The notes: generated by a model not told the origin, from the letters alone. DNA of 64,000 nucleotides from a virus (IMGVR_UViG_3300021963_000025:1-64000); one strand, 5' to 3'. Positions 53,160-63,568 are shown, numbered from the stretch's first letter. Translations and numbers: made by a program.

Positions 53160-53400
53160 GGATGTAATAACATCTGAAACCGATTCGCGTTCAAGGTGAA
53201 GTAACAACGTGCGGGACTATGTAATAGTAGTTGAGTCTTTTAGAACAAGACATAAAAGAATTCGAAACCTCCATACTCTGGAAAGTTACCATTGAAGGTG
53301 CTATCGGTGACCTTCTAAAACCAAAATGGTGTCTCGGTCCGCTCTGAAGCAATTCAACGACGAGGTCTCGGTAGGCAGAAGGCCTCTGACCTATCCACAA

Positions 53401-53429
53401 AAAGAAAGGGACCTTACGGTCCCTTTTTT
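53401..53429. terminator. bidirectional rho-independent terminator
   Basis: gggacc-ttac-ggtccc flanked by an A-run 5' and a T-run 3'; sits between convergent genes 52641(+) and 53428(-). Confidence 0.65.
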
Positions 53430-54288
53430 AATTAAATAAAAATAGCCAGAGATAAAATAATACGGTTAGAGAAATAACTCCAATACCAACCCAATAAAAT
53501 ATCGAATCAATCATTGGTGTATAATTTTTACTAGAAGTTAATATTGGAACTTGGGCTTTAAAGGTATTTAAGTGAGCCTTTAAACCGAACTTTGCTGTTT
53601 TTCTACCATTCCAGTTTTTACCCATTGTTACAAGTTTTTCACTATCAATATGAATTGAAATAATTTCAGGTAGTAGTTGTCTTTTTGCTCTTGGAAATAA
53701 TTTTGCAAAAAGTACATCAGAACGGTCAACAGAACCATGCTCTTTTGGATATTCAGTTACTCCAGAGCCTTTAGGATTCCACATTTGAAAAAATCCAATT
53801 GGTTCCCATCCTTTATTCTTGTATTCTGCGATTCGTACTCCTAATGGAAATGCGGTAGTATGAACGTAAATCCAACCTTCATGCAATGGTGATGGGTTAT
53901 CAATAAAATCCATCCAGTCTCCATAAGTAGGACACATCATTCTGTCGATTCCATATAGGGTTTGGTCGTCAAGTTCAAGATTCTCAAGAATTGAACGAGT
54001 AAGCGGTGGTAAATAAATGTCAGCATCTAAATGTACAACCCATCCGTCTCCGTCTAGGTGTTTTAGACCCTCATTAATTCCTTTTCCTTTGTTTATGGTG
54101 TTTCCATTTTCATAGAAAGCGTCAGTTTGAACACATTGTACGTTATAGTATTCACACAATTTTTTTGTTTCCAAATCTTTTGTGTCAGTGACAATAACTA
54201 TCCTGTTAAAGTGATTTTTGTTATGGGGTAGGGTATGTGCTAAAAAATCACTATAATTAACACAAACTACAACGGCTTCGATTTTCAT
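53428..54288 (-). CDS. GT-A-like glycosyltransferase with C-terminal TM anchor (only minus-strand gene in window)
   Basis: VVCVNYSDFLAHTL and HLDADIY (DxD) motifs; C-terminal hydrophobic helix. Confidence 0.55.
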   Translation of the reverse strand: MKIEAVVVCVNYSDFLAHTLPHNKNHFNRIVIVTDTKDLETKKLCEYYNVQCVQTDAFYENGNTINKGKGINEGLKHLDGDGWVVHLDADIYLPPLTRSILENLELDDQTLYGIDRMMCPTYGDWMDFIDNPSPLHEGWIYVHTTAFPLGVRIAEYKNKGWEPIGFFQMWNPKGSGVTEYPKEHGSVDRSDVLFAKLFPRAKRQLLPEIISIHIDSEKLVTMGKNWNGRKTAKFGLKAHLNTFKAQVPILTSSKNYTPMIDSIFYWVGIGVISLTVLFYLWLFLFN

Positions 54289-54379
54289 GGTTGATTGGTT
54301 TGTTTACTTTATATATAAGTAGAACATCGTATTTTTAAACAAAAATCAAAACTAAAATATAATATAATAAACATATATT

Positions 54380-54802
54380 ATGAAAAACGCACTGTTATAT
54401 TGGCCTCGATTCTTTAAAGAGGCATGGATTACCCGCAAATACTACAAAGCAGTTAAGGCAGTTGAGCCGGAACTTACCGAGGCTGGGCTTAGAGTTGACT
54501 ATATTGGTCGAATCTATGGTGTTGTAGAAATTCAGAGCGAATTTTTAAATCAACCAGATCTAGTACAGCAATCACTTGTGTTTCAACAATTAGGTCCAAT
54601 TAATGATATTCTAGTCAAATACGGACTTTCAGACCTTTCATATCCTGAAATAAGTAAAATACCCGGAAGTGCACAATACCTTGTTGTGTTATATCCAGAC
54701 AATGATTATTTTACATGGACTGCCGTGATTAGAAACCTATTATTCGCCGGAATGGTAACAGCGGTTGGATTTTTTATCAATTGGATAATTTCCATGTTTT
54801 AA
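54380..54802 (+). CDS. hypothetical protein with C-terminal TM segment
   Basis: ORF. Confidence 0.55.
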   Translation: MKNALLYWPRFFKEAWITRKYYKAVKAVEPELTEAGLRVDYIGRIYGVVEIQSEFLNQPDLVQQSLVFQQLGPINDILVKYGLSDLSYPEISKIPGSAQYLVVLYPDNDYFTWTAVIRNLLFAGMVTAVGFFINWIISMF

Positions 54803-55563
54803 TGGAGACTATTGAACGTGTAGAAATTAATGGCCGTCGATACTATAAAGTAACCGCAAATGGACTGGTGCTTGGCACCTATCCAAGTATGACGACAATT
54901 CTTGGAAATACAAAAGACCAGGGAGGACTTCAAGAATGGCGCGATAGTATCGGGCATGAAGAGGCCGACCGGATCTCAAATCTATCAATGAATCGAGGTA
55001 CCATTATGCACCGCCTCTTAGAACTTTATAAGGGTCTCGAAGGTACGCCGAATCAACGATTATCCCAATTGATATTCATATCAAAGACGGATGCAGAAGT
55101 CAACCAGTTCAATGAGGATCCCTTAGGGGAAACATGGTTGAAGGCTGGTTGGGAATTCTTTCTCAAGTTCTGGACACATCATCCGGAATTCTTTGATAGA
55201 GTGGTTAAAGTACTTGCAGCAGAGAAATTTATATGGTCAGGCCGTGGTTATGCTGGAACTCTTGATAATGCTTCCGTAATGGTTGGAAACAAAATCTTAA
55301 TTATTGACTATAAGAATAGTCGAAAGCCTAAACGGGACGAGTGGATAGAAGATTACTTTTGTCAAATTGCAGGATATGCTATCGCATTTTGGGAGAGAAC
55401 CGGACATGTTCCAAATGGAGGAGAGGTTTGGATTGCTAATGAACTGGAGGACAAACCACAAATATTTACCCTGACTCAAAGTGATTTAAAACATTACTTT
55501 AAAGAATTTATGAAACGATTAAATCAATATAATGAAGAAAACAAAACAATTGAAGAAAAATAA
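54781..55563 (+). CDS. PD-(D/E)xK nuclease (RecB/Cas4-like exonuclease)
   Basis: GTLD...ILIIDYKNS fits the D-x(n)-(D/E)-x-K core; N-terminal region similar to phage exonucleases. Confidence 0.5.
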   Translation: MDNFHVLMETIERVEINGRRYYKVTANGLVLGTYPSMTTILGNTKDQGGLQEWRDSIGHEEADRISNLSMNRGTIMHRLLELYKGLEGTPNQRLSQLIFISKTDAEVNQFNEDPLGETWLKAGWEFFLKFWTHHPEFFDRVVKVLAAEKFIWSGRGYAGTLDNASVMVGNKILIIDYKNSRKPKRDEWIEDYFCQIAGYAIAFWERTGHVPNGGEVWIANELEDKPQIFTLTQSDLKHYFKEFMKRLNQYNEENKTIEEK

Positions 55564-56638
55564 GGAGTTCTTATATAACTACCTTAATGCCTATTCGCCA
55601 GTAGCCCAAGAAACAGAGGGTCAAAGAATCTGGGAAAACTACGTTAGACCATTGGTTAATGGAAATGTAAAAACTGATGCCTACGGTACATCTTATGCCC
55701 TACTTGGAAAGAGAACTACTTCTGAATTTCCAGTTAGAAATTGGACTCCTAAAGTTGTAATTGAAGCGCATTGCGATGAAATTGCATGGATTATTACACA
55801 CATTGAAGGTGATGGAATGATTAGAGTTAAAAGACATGGAGGAAGTGACAATATGATAGCACCTTCTAAAACGGTGATGATTCATACGCATGATGGTAAA
55901 AAATTGAGAGGTCTTTTTGGATGGCCGGCAATTCATACTCGAAAAGAATACACTTCAATGGGTTACAGTCCAGAGGAGTTATGGGTTGATATGGGTCTTA
56001 AAGACAAGGAGGCTGTTGTAAAAGCAGGTGTTGAAATTGGAAACTTAATCACATTCGACACTCAATTAGAGGAGATTGGAGATTACTACGTAGGACGTTC
56101 ATTAGACAACAAGATTGGTGGTTATATAATTGCTGAAGCCCTTAGAAAACTTGTAGATGAAGACTTTAAATTACCTTATGATTTATATGTAGTAAATTCA
56201 GTTCAAGAGGAAGTTGGATTACATGGAGCCACCCTAATTGCAAAAACATTAAAACCAGACTTGGCACTGGTGCATGATGTATGCCATGCGACTGATACTC
56301 CTAAAATTGACAAAGCAAAAGATGGAGATAATAAAGGTGGACAGGGTCCATGTTTAGAATACACTGCGCAAAACCACAGAAAAATTAACTCAATGTTAAG
56401 AGAGGTTGCAAAAGAGGCTAACATTCCAGTTCAATTAACAGTTGGTTCAATGGGTAATGATACTATGTCGTTCTTTTTAGAGGGTACACCAACTGCAATT
56501 CTTGCAACTCCACTGAGATATATGCATACAACAGTTGAAATGGCCCACAAAGAAGACGTTAAGAACTGTATTAAATTATTTGTTGAGTTCTTGAAGGTCC
56601 TAACACCTGAAAAAATAAAAGAGATAAATAATAAATAA
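55532..56638 (+). CDS. M42-family aminopeptidase (FrvX/glutamyl aminopeptidase-like)
   Basis: N-terminal FLYNYLNAYSPVAQETEG parallels the M42 L..L...GxSGxE block; length 368 aa; C-terminal HTTVEMAHKED metal-binding region. Confidence 0.5.
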   Translation: MKKTKQLKKNKEFLYNYLNAYSPVAQETEGQRIWENYVRPLVNGNVKTDAYGTSYALLGKRTTSEFPVRNWTPKVVIEAHCDEIAWIITHIEGDGMIRVKRHGGSDNMIAPSKTVMIHTHDGKKLRGLFGWPAIHTRKEYTSMGYSPEELWVDMGLKDKEAVVKAGVEIGNLITFDTQLEEIGDYYVGRSLDNKIGGYIIAEALRKLVDEDFKLPYDLYVVNSVQEEVGLHGATLIAKTLKPDLALVHDVCHATDTPKIDKAKDGDNKGGQGPCLEYTAQNHRKINSMLREVAKEANIPVQLTVGSMGNDTMSFFLEGTPTAILATPLRYMHTTVEMAHKEDVKNCIKLFVEFLKVLTPEKIKEINNK

Positions 56639-56652
56639 CAAAAACAACAATT

Positions 56653-56943
56653 ATGAACAAAATTAATCAATTTTTTGCAACTCATGGTTCTAAAGTAATT
56701 GCAGTGCTCCTAGTACTTGTATATTTTAAATCATGCAGTATCGATTCTGAGGTAACAACCTTAAAGAAAGTTACTAAAGCAAACACTGAAATTATTAATC
56801 AACTTCCAACATCAAAAGATGTTAAAATTGAAGGATTAAACGCTGAGAAGAGAATGATTCAGGCAACGGACAGAAAAATTCTAGATGTTCAAAGACAAAA
56901 TCAAATCGAAGCAGAAATAGAAGTACTGAAGAAATCTAAGTAA
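56653..56943 (+). CDS. membrane-anchored coiled-coil protein (possible lysis-associated)
   Basis: N-terminal TM, then coiled coil. Confidence 0.5.
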   Translation: MNKINQFFATHGSKVIAVLLVLVYFKSCSIDSEVTTLKKVTKANTEIINQLPTSKDVKIEGLNAEKRMIQATDRKILDVQRQNQIEAEIEVLKKSK

Positions 56944-57167
56944 TGGCTATTGAGAAAAAAACCCATGGATTTGGCAGCGATCTAGCGAAAGCTGCCAAAC
57001 TCATTAAAGCAGACATTGCAGCCGATAAGATTGCAAAGGCCTTGGGTTATGAGGATTGTGGATGTGCCGGCCGAGCTGAGGCCCTAAACGATCCAAATCT
57101 ATTAGTTAATAAGATTTTTTATAAAAACCAAAAAACCGATGAAATCAACGAAGAACAAGACAGTTAA
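56943..57167 (+). CDS. hypothetical protein
   Basis: ORF. Confidence 0.45.
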   Translation: MAIEKKTHGFGSDLAKAAKLIKADIAADKIAKALGYEDCGCAGRAEALNDPNLLVNKIFYKNQKTDEINEEQDS

Positions 57168-57990
57168 CGCATTTATAATTGGAACATTCGTTTCGCTCTA
57201 TTTGTTAGTTAGTATCATATCAACAATTCACGTAATTGACTTTTTTAGACTTTCAAATCCAGAATGGTTAGCAATATCATTGGCAATTGGATTTGAATTA
57301 GGAGCTGCCGCTTCCCTAGCTGCTCTTATTACCCTGGACAAAATGAATAAAACCATGGTATGGGCCCTATTCATCGTAATTACCGGAATGCAAATGCAGG
57401 GAAATATGTACTATGCGTATACCCACATTGCAGATTATCAGGGTTGGGTAGAATTATTTAATATTGTAGAATGGGAACCTATATCACAAAAAAGATTACT
57501 AGCGGGTGTTTCAGGAGCAATCTTACCACTTGTAGCACTTGGGTTTATAAAATCATTGGTAGATTATATTAAACCAGAGGATGAAGTAACACCAATCCGG
57601 GTTGAAGACTTAGACGTAATTGCCGAAGAGATTAATCATCCTCAACCAACTATTGAGGAAGAGGTTGAATCAATGAGAAGGGTTGTTGATTCGTACGATT
57701 CTCTACAAGAAGAGATAAAAGATTGGGATGTTACTTTAGGAGATGGAATTGAAGATGAACTCGAAGAGGAAATTGATGGCTTAGAAATGGGTCAAATCAT
57801 CACTGAAGAATCCACGCCAATAGAAGTCGATGTTATAAATGTCAGTGAAGAAGTTTTAGAAGGACCTATAGGAAATAATGGTCCTGATGATTCTGGACTA
57901 ATAAATTCTATTGAAGCTCCAGAAACTATGAAAGTCTACGACAAAAATACAAATAATTACGTACCTATTAAAGAAAAGTGGGTATGCTAG
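57139..57990 (+). CDS. integral membrane protein with acidic C-terminal half
   Basis: About 4 TM helices in N-terminal half. Confidence 0.55.
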   Translation: MKSTKNKTVNAFIIGTFVSLYLLVSIISTIHVIDFFRLSNPEWLAISLAIGFELGAAASLAALITLDKMNKTMVWALFIVITGMQMQGNMYYAYTHIADYQGWVELFNIVEWEPISQKRLLAGVSGAILPLVALGFIKSLVDYIKPEDEVTPIRVEDLDVIAEEINHPQPTIEEEVESMRRVVDSYDSLQEEIKDWDVTLGDGIEDELEEEIDGLEMGQIITEESTPIEVDVINVSEEVLEGPIGNNGPDDSGLINSIEAPETMKVYDKNTNNYVPIKEKWVC

Positions 57991-58409
57991 CAGAAGTCCT
58001 ATTTGAAAAGGTAAAACTACCAAAACCATATATTAGCAAAAAACTAGAAGCAAATACACTCAGAGCAGTTTTGGATTCAACGCACCAAACCGCCTATAGA
58101 CTCTATATGATTGCAAATGGAGTTAAAGAACTTCAAAAATTTGCATCAATAACAAGTGACGAGTATATTCTAACCGCAAATGTTGTTACAGAGTGTGGAT
58201 TCACTGGAGAGGCCAAAGACCAAATTTGGAGCATATTACACCTACAAACTCTCTTACTTAAAAAACCAAAGTTTATTGTAAGATGTGAATTGGTTCATTT
58301 GATGTCAAATAAAACCGTCTACCGATGTGTATTTGAACATAAAAATCCTGAAGAGATTTACAATCAGGTACAAGAGTGCATAGATAATTTAAAAAACATA
58401 TTAGAATGA
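57978..58409 (+). CDS. hypothetical protein
   Basis: ORF. Confidence 0.55.
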   Translation: MGMLAEVLFEKVKLPKPYISKKLEANTLRAVLDSTHQTAYRLYMIANGVKELQKFASITSDEYILTANVVTECGFTGEAKDQIWSILHLQTLLLKKPKFIVRCELVHLMSNKTVYRCVFEHKNPEEIYNQVQECIDNLKNILE

Positions 58410-59302
58410 GAAATTTATTAAAAAGAGGAGACACTGGCGAAGACGTTAAGTTGTTACAAAAAGCCCTAGGTGTTAAAACTGACGGTACATTTGGACCTGG
58501 AACGGAATTGGCAGTTAAGAATTTTCAAGGAAGTCATGGATTACGTATCGACGGACTTGTAGGTCCTACTACACAAAAAATGATTTTTGGTGAAGAACTT
58601 GAAAAACATTTGGACAGTGAAATTACACTGAACAATTTTGAAATTTATTATCTTGAGAAAGATGAGTACCATGCAGGTCCAAACAAGCCAGAGTACTTAT
58701 TCCTACATCACACCGCCGGTGGAGAGAATCCATTTGCAGTAGTAGACCAATGGAATGATGATACTCGAGGTAGAATTGGAACTGAATTTGTAATTGGAGG
58801 ACCATCAGTTAATGGTAAAAGTACAAAGTATGATGGCGTTATTGTAAAATGTATTCCAGACGGAGGATTTGCAGCCCATTTAGGAGACAATGGTTCCCAA
58901 AGTATGCATAATAATTCAGTTGGAATTGAAGTATGTAACTTTGGACCCTTAACAAAGGTTGGAAATGTTTTCAAAACTTATGTTGGGACAATTGTTCATC
59001 CGGATCAAGTATGCGACTTAGGATTCAAATTCAGAGGTTCACAATATTGGCACAAATATTCAGAAGCACAAATTGAAGCACTTAGAGAACTAATACTATT
59101 CATTAAAGATCGTAATGGTATTAATATCAAAAAAGGACTTGTTGAATGGTTGAACTCTAAAACACCAACCGAAGCATTTGAATACAGTCAAGATGCATGG
59201 GCTGGAAAGGTAAAAGGTATGCTAACACATACAAATACTCGTAAAGACAAGACAGATTTGTCACCTCAACCAGAGCTGATTAAAATGCTAAAATCAATAT
59301 AG
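58406..59302 (+). CDS. endolysin: N-terminal peptidoglycan-binding domain + N-acetylmuramoyl-L-alanine amidase (Amidase_2/PGRP-like)
   Basis: GDTGEDVKLLQKALG...DGTFGPGTELAVKNFQ (PG_binding_1), then LFLHHTAGG...GTEFVIGG amidase_2 signature. Confidence 0.7.
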   Translation: MRNLLKRGDTGEDVKLLQKALGVKTDGTFGPGTELAVKNFQGSHGLRIDGLVGPTTQKMIFGEELEKHLDSEITLNNFEIYYLEKDEYHAGPNKPEYLFLHHTAGGENPFAVVDQWNDDTRGRIGTEFVIGGPSVNGKSTKYDGVIVKCIPDGGFAAHLGDNGSQSMHNNSVGIEVCNFGPLTKVGNVFKTYVGTIVHPDQVCDLGFKFRGSQYWHKYSEAQIEALRELILFIKDRNGINIKKGLVEWLNSKTPTEAFEYSQDAWAGKVKGMLTHTNTRKDKTDLSPQPELIKMLKSI

Positions 59303-59358
59303 GGTGAAACTATACTAAAAATATTAATATAATAATTTTAAACTAAAACCAAATTAAA

Positions 59359-59643
59359 ATGGCAAAACCAAGTGTATTAGACCAGAATCCAGAATCTGAA
59401 AGAGTTTTCACTGAAGATTCAGTTTTGGCAAATGAAGGACCTCAAGCTGATTATCCAGAATCTGGACCTGAAGTTGAACAAGTAACCCCGATCTTCGAAC
59501 AAATTGAAGGTATGAATCCGGGTGGTGCAGTAAATGTATTAATCCAAGCTGCTCAAATGGCACAATCTGCTGGAGCTCTTACCTTAAGAGACTCTGTTAT
59601 GGTTGCTCAAGCAATTTCAGTTTTACAACCAGGTTCTATATAA
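59359..59643 (+). CDS. hypothetical protein
   Basis: ORF followed by terminator. Confidence 0.5.
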   Translation: MAKPSVLDQNPESERVFTEDSVLANEGPQADYPESGPEVEQVTPIFEQIEGMNPGGAVNVLIQAAQMAQSAGALTLRDSVMVAQAISVLQPGSI

Positions 59644-59667
59644 GAATCTGTCCGGATTAGATTTTAG

Positions 59668-59698
59668 AAAAGACCTTAAGCAATTAAGGTCTTTTTTG
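59668..59698 (+). terminator. rho-independent terminator
   Basis: agaccttaa-gcaa-ttaaggtct followed by TTTTTT. Confidence 0.6.
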
Positions 59699-59766
59699 TT
59701 TTTAAATTGTTAATAAATATAATGAAACAAATAGGACCAAACCTATATAAATTATAAATCTAACGA

Positions 59767-60075
59767 ATGGAAACTATTAAAACCACCGTCAAAGAATTCT
59801 TAAGTTGCTTCAATCAATTCAAATTTAATGTAATTAATAAAGAAAAGACTACTGAAAAGACTAAAGCGCCTAGGGACACTGAATCGTACAAGCAATCTGA
59901 TGCCCATTTGTATAGAATGTTACAAGCCGCAAAGAAGGAATTATCCGCTGCAAGAAAATTATGCAAACATGGTAAGATTACTACAGATGAACTTTTTGAT
60001 TATGAATGGAGAGTAACAGAATTGGAGCAAGAAATCAAAGACCTAAAAGATTTCACAGATAACGAGAACGTTTAA
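59767..60075 (+). CDS. hypothetical protein
   Basis: ORF. Confidence 0.5.
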   Translation: METIKTTVKEFLSCFNQFKFNVINKEKTTEKTKAPRDTESYKQSDAHLYRMLQAAKKELSAARKLCKHGKITTDELFDYEWRVTELEQEIKDLKDFTDNENV

Positions 60076-60093
60076 TTTTTAAATATTACATAA

Positions 60094-60435
60094 ATGATTA
60101 TAGAAGAAACATTACAAGAAACAGTAACTAGATTTATCAATAAAGGTGTTTACCAAACCAAAATATTATCAACTGAATTACCGTCCGTTGTTATTTGGTC
60201 AAAATCTAGAAAATGTCTTGTAGGTGGTAAAGGACAACCTGATTCTCTAGAAATAGTCGATGATGGTAAAGGAAATAAAAAAGCTACGTATGATAATAAT
60301 ATCTTTGTCTCATTACAAAATAGAAGCGAATTAACTGAATCTGACGTGAAAGAAATAAATGAATCTGAAGGAATTATTGTCACTAATGCAACTTATGGTA
60401 AACCTTACTTTAGATTTGGATTTATACCAAATTAA
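60094..60435 (+). CDS. hypothetical protein
   Basis: ORF. Confidence 0.5.
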   Translation: MIIEETLQETVTRFINKGVYQTKILSTELPSVVIWSKSRKCLVGGKGQPDSLEIVDDGKGNKKATYDNNIFVSLQNRSELTESDVKEINESEGIIVTNATYGKPYFRFGFIPN

Positions 60436-60471
60436 TAATAATGAGAACGTTTAATTTTTAAAACATATATA

Positions 60472-60687
60472 ATGGTTAACAAAATCAAGGCAATCTTTGC
60501 CGCAATTGGCTCTATTGGAGTCCTAATGTTTGTAGTTAGTTGCATCCTATGGCTTTTTACGTACTACCCAGGCCCTACAATAGAATTCCTTATTGTCTCA
60601 TGGTTTGCATATTGGGGATATAAGGCATACAAATTCTTTCTAAATTATTTTAACAACGAGTCTAAAAACGAACAAATCAATAGTTAA
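60472..60687 (+). CDS. small membrane protein
   Basis: Two hydrophobic segments. Confidence 0.5.
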   Translation: MVNKIKAIFAAIGSIGVLMFVVSCILWLFTYYPGPTIEFLIVSWFAYWGYKAYKFFLNYFNNESKNEQINS

Positions 60688-61401
60688 ATGGAACTAAATA
60701 AGAAATACATTGAATTTATGCTAGATAATGTTATTGGCTCTAGCATAAAGGTTCAATTGCCAAAACCCCAAGAGGCTGGAAAGGTGATGTGGGTTAAACT
60801 TGGCCCTGTCGTTTACATGAATGTTGACCTGGAAGTTATTGAAAAATACAGTCGTTCTGTTAAATTCAAATTGAAATTTGACAAATACGAAATTGAGGAA
60901 TTGATATTCCTTCCTGTAGAATCGGCTCCAATGAGCATCAAATCAAAGTTAATTAGCAAGATTGAAAAATTGGTTTTTAAAACCTTTCTTGACGATGGAA
61001 GACGTGATGATATTGTAAAAATGTACGAAGACAAGAGGGCTAATATGTTTACCAATATATCAAAGTTGACTGGTAAAATTATAGAAAAAGATGCTCCAAC
61101 ATTTCAAATGTTGAAGTACGCTGACATTAAACATTGCCCACATATAGGTCTCTTAAACTTTGAAGGTGACCTTTTTAGAGCCTATGATTTATTGGATGGT
61201 AGATTTACAATAGTAGACGAAAAACATAAAGATGTAACCACTACGGATGCCCATGGAATCTTAGAGTACATGGAAGGCCCAGGAAAACCAATTGTAAATT
61301 ATGATGGAAAGACTTGGATTATACCGGAACAACACGAGAATGCCAGACCAACCAAGGATGCTCTTTACAAATTTCTTAAGTTAGAACTTTTAGTAGAATA
61401 A
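60688..61401 (+). CDS. hypothetical protein
   Basis: 237-aa ORF immediately upstream of thyA. Confidence 0.6.
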   Translation: MELNKKYIEFMLDNVIGSSIKVQLPKPQEAGKVMWVKLGPVVYMNVDLEVIEKYSRSVKFKLKFDKYEIEELIFLPVESAPMSIKSKLISKIEKLVFKTFLDDGRRDDIVKMYEDKRANMFTNISKLTGKIIEKDAPTFQMLKYADIKHCPHIGLLNFEGDLFRAYDLLDGRFTIVDEKHKDVTTTDAHGILEYMEGPGKPIVNYDGKTWIIPEQHENARPTKDALYKFLKLELLVE

Positions 61402-61403
61402 AA

Positions 61404-62651
61404 ATGAACAAACTAGATAGGCAATACACAGACCTCTTACAAACCATCCTAGAACATGGTGTTGATAAGAAAGACCGAACTGGTACAGGAACAAGAAGTA
61501 TTTTTGGTTATACTATCCGACATAATATGAAAGATGGTTTTCCACTTCTTACAACCAAGAAAATGCCATTCAAAACAATCGTAACAGAACTTCTTTGGTT
61601 CCTACGAGGTGATACTAATATAAAGTATTTGGTTGATAATAATTGTCGCATTTGGGATGGTGATGCTTATAAACGATATGAGAATAGTTATGCTGCTTGG
61701 GTTGTAAATTCTTCGTGGTCAAATAATGCTGAGCCTTGGGATATGGAAAACTTTATTCGACTAATAAAAGAAGACGAGAGGTTTTGTTCTATATTTGGTG
61801 AGTTAGGTCCAATTTATGGTAAGCAATGGAGAAAATGGAAATCTAATAGAAAAGACACTTCAATCGAATCTGATAATTATATGGAGTTTAAACAAATAGA
61901 CCAAATCCAAAACCTAATCAGCGACCTTAAAACAAATCCAGACTCAAGACGTTTAATGGTTAATGCTTGGAATGTTGGAGAGTTAGACCAAATGGTGCTT
62001 CCACCATGTCATTATGGCTTTCAAGTTTATACAAGAGAATTGACTGAAAGCGAAAGAATTAAGTTATTAGATATTAGAGAAAATGCAAATAGAAATACTT
62101 TTGCTGAACGAGAGGGCTTTATGTCGTATGTTTTAGATAAACATAACATTCCAACCAGAGCAATCTCTCTAATGTGGAATCAACGTTCAGTAGATACATT
62201 CTTAGGTTTACCATTCAACATTGCATCTTATGGATTGTTATTGGAAATTATTGCAAAAGAAGTTAATATGGTTCCTGACCAGTTGATTGGAAATTTAGGT
62301 GATGTTCATTTATATTCAAACCATATTGAACAAGCCAAAGAACAAATTGGAAGAAAATATACTCACGAGGAAAGAACAGAATTGTTAAAACAAGCGATGG
62401 GTGAAGAAAATTATAATAAAGCGGTTGATGAATTAATGCCGTTCGGAGGAGGATTAAGCGGGTACTATGAATCTTACGGGATTCCTTATAATACCAGAGA
62501 ACCTTATGCATTACCAACATTCGACTGCCCGGCAATAGATGAAATTCCTCATACAACATTTGATGAGTTAGTTTTCAAATTACAACCATGTGATTTTTAC
62601 ATGGACGATTATGTTGCACATCCAACTATCAAAGCACCCTTAAGTAACTAA
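61404..62651 (+). CDS. thyA: thymidylate synthase (ThyA family) with three large insertions
   Basis: RTGTGTRSIFGYTIRHNMKDGFPLLTTKKMPFKTIVTELLWFLRGDTN, LGPIYGKQWR, SRRLMVNAWNVGELDQMVLPPCHYGFQVY (catalytic Cys), LGLPFNIASYGLL; 415 aa versus about 264 aa for the E. coli enzyme. Confidence 0.85.
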   Translation: MNKLDRQYTDLLQTILEHGVDKKDRTGTGTRSIFGYTIRHNMKDGFPLLTTKKMPFKTIVTELLWFLRGDTNIKYLVDNNCRIWDGDAYKRYENSYAAWVVNSSWSNNAEPWDMENFIRLIKEDERFCSIFGELGPIYGKQWRKWKSNRKDTSIESDNYMEFKQIDQIQNLISDLKTNPDSRRLMVNAWNVGELDQMVLPPCHYGFQVYTRELTESERIKLLDIRENANRNTFAEREGFMSYVLDKHNIPTRAISLMWNQRSVDTFLGLPFNIASYGLLLEIIAKEVNMVPDQLIGNLGDVHLYSNHIEQAKEQIGRKYTHEERTELLKQAMGEENYNKAVDELMPFGGGLSGYYESYGIPYNTREPYALPTFDCPAIDEIPHTTFDELVFKLQPCDFYMDDYVAHPTIKAPLSN

Positions 62652-62653
62652 AT

Positions 62654-62839
62654 ATGAAGAAAATTTTAAACACAATTGGAATTCTTGTTTTGGTTTTATT
62701 ACTAATCTTTGGAGCATTCGCATTCGGTCATGAATTAAAAAAAGCAGCAGAATTAAAAGAGCATAGAGCGCATGTAAGATTTGAAAGAGATAGTTTACAG
62801 GTTGAAATCTATAAAAAACAACTATTAAAGCACCCTTAA
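62654..62839 (+). CDS. small membrane protein
   Basis: N-terminal TM. Confidence 0.5.
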   Translation: MKKILNTIGILVLVLLLIFGAFAFGHELKKAAELKEHRAHVRFERDSLQVEIYKKQLLKHP

Positions 62840-62848
62840 GTAACTAAG

Positions 62849-63154
62849 ATGAAAATCAAACCTAGAAAAATTTATAAAGAATACAAAGACGCAACTGCTC
62901 TTGAGATTTGGGAAGGTGTTAGAGACAATTTTACGTTTGCTTTCATTGGAGCCACTCTAGTTGTATTTATTGCAACCAAAACTGATATTGCAGTCTTATT
63001 TGGTTATTTGGCGTATTATGCATTTATGGGTCGAATATTGAATAGACCTAAATATGTTACGGACCTTGGAAAATTGATAGTGTTTCCAGTTCCATCTGCT
63101 ATTGGAGCCTTTGTTGGTTATAAATTAAGTTACATCATATTAAATTACATATAA
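62849..63154 (+). CDS. membrane protein
   Basis: Two or three TM segments. Confidence 0.5.
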   Translation: MKIKPRKIYKEYKDATALEIWEGVRDNFTFAFIGATLVVFIATKTDIAVLFGYLAYYAFMGRILNRPKYVTDLGKLIVFPVPSAIGAFVGYKLSYIILNYI

Positions 63155-63372
63155 TGGCAAAGAAACCACAACTTACCGAATTTCATTACCATGAGGCTCT
63201 TGATAGAGCCTATATGATAGGAGATATTATTGATCGTCACATGATACAGCATCCTGTTTGTAAACTTGACAAAGAGGTTAACCAATTGGTTGAAGAGGCC
63301 GCAATGAAAATCTTTGAAGCATATCAATTATTAGGACATCGTAGCGTTGAGCTATTTCCTGATGATATATAA
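63154..63372 (+). CDS. hypothetical protein
   Basis: ORF. Confidence 0.5.
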   Translation: MAKKPQLTEFHYHEALDRAYMIGDIIDRHMIQHPVCKLDKEVNQLVEEAAMKIFEAYQLLGHRSVELFPDDI

Positions 63373-63375
63373 TAC

Positions 63376-63567
63376 ATGAAAACATTTAACGAATTTATAA
63401 TTGACGAGTCTAAAACAATTGGCTTAGAAGAGACAGAACCTAATAATGAAATTAATCCAGTTGAACCTGGAGATGGTGAAGATGAAAGATTGGTAAAAAT
63501 CCGACAATTCAAAGGAAAGGTTTCTGACTACGCAAGCTATTGGGAAGACCGAATTAATAAAGGCTAA
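63376..63567 (+). CDS. hypothetical acidic protein
   Basis: ORF. Confidence 0.45.
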   Translation: MKTFNEFIIDESKTIGLEETEPNNEINPVEPGDGEDERLVKIRQFKGKVSDYASYWEDRINKG

Positions 63568-63568
63568 T

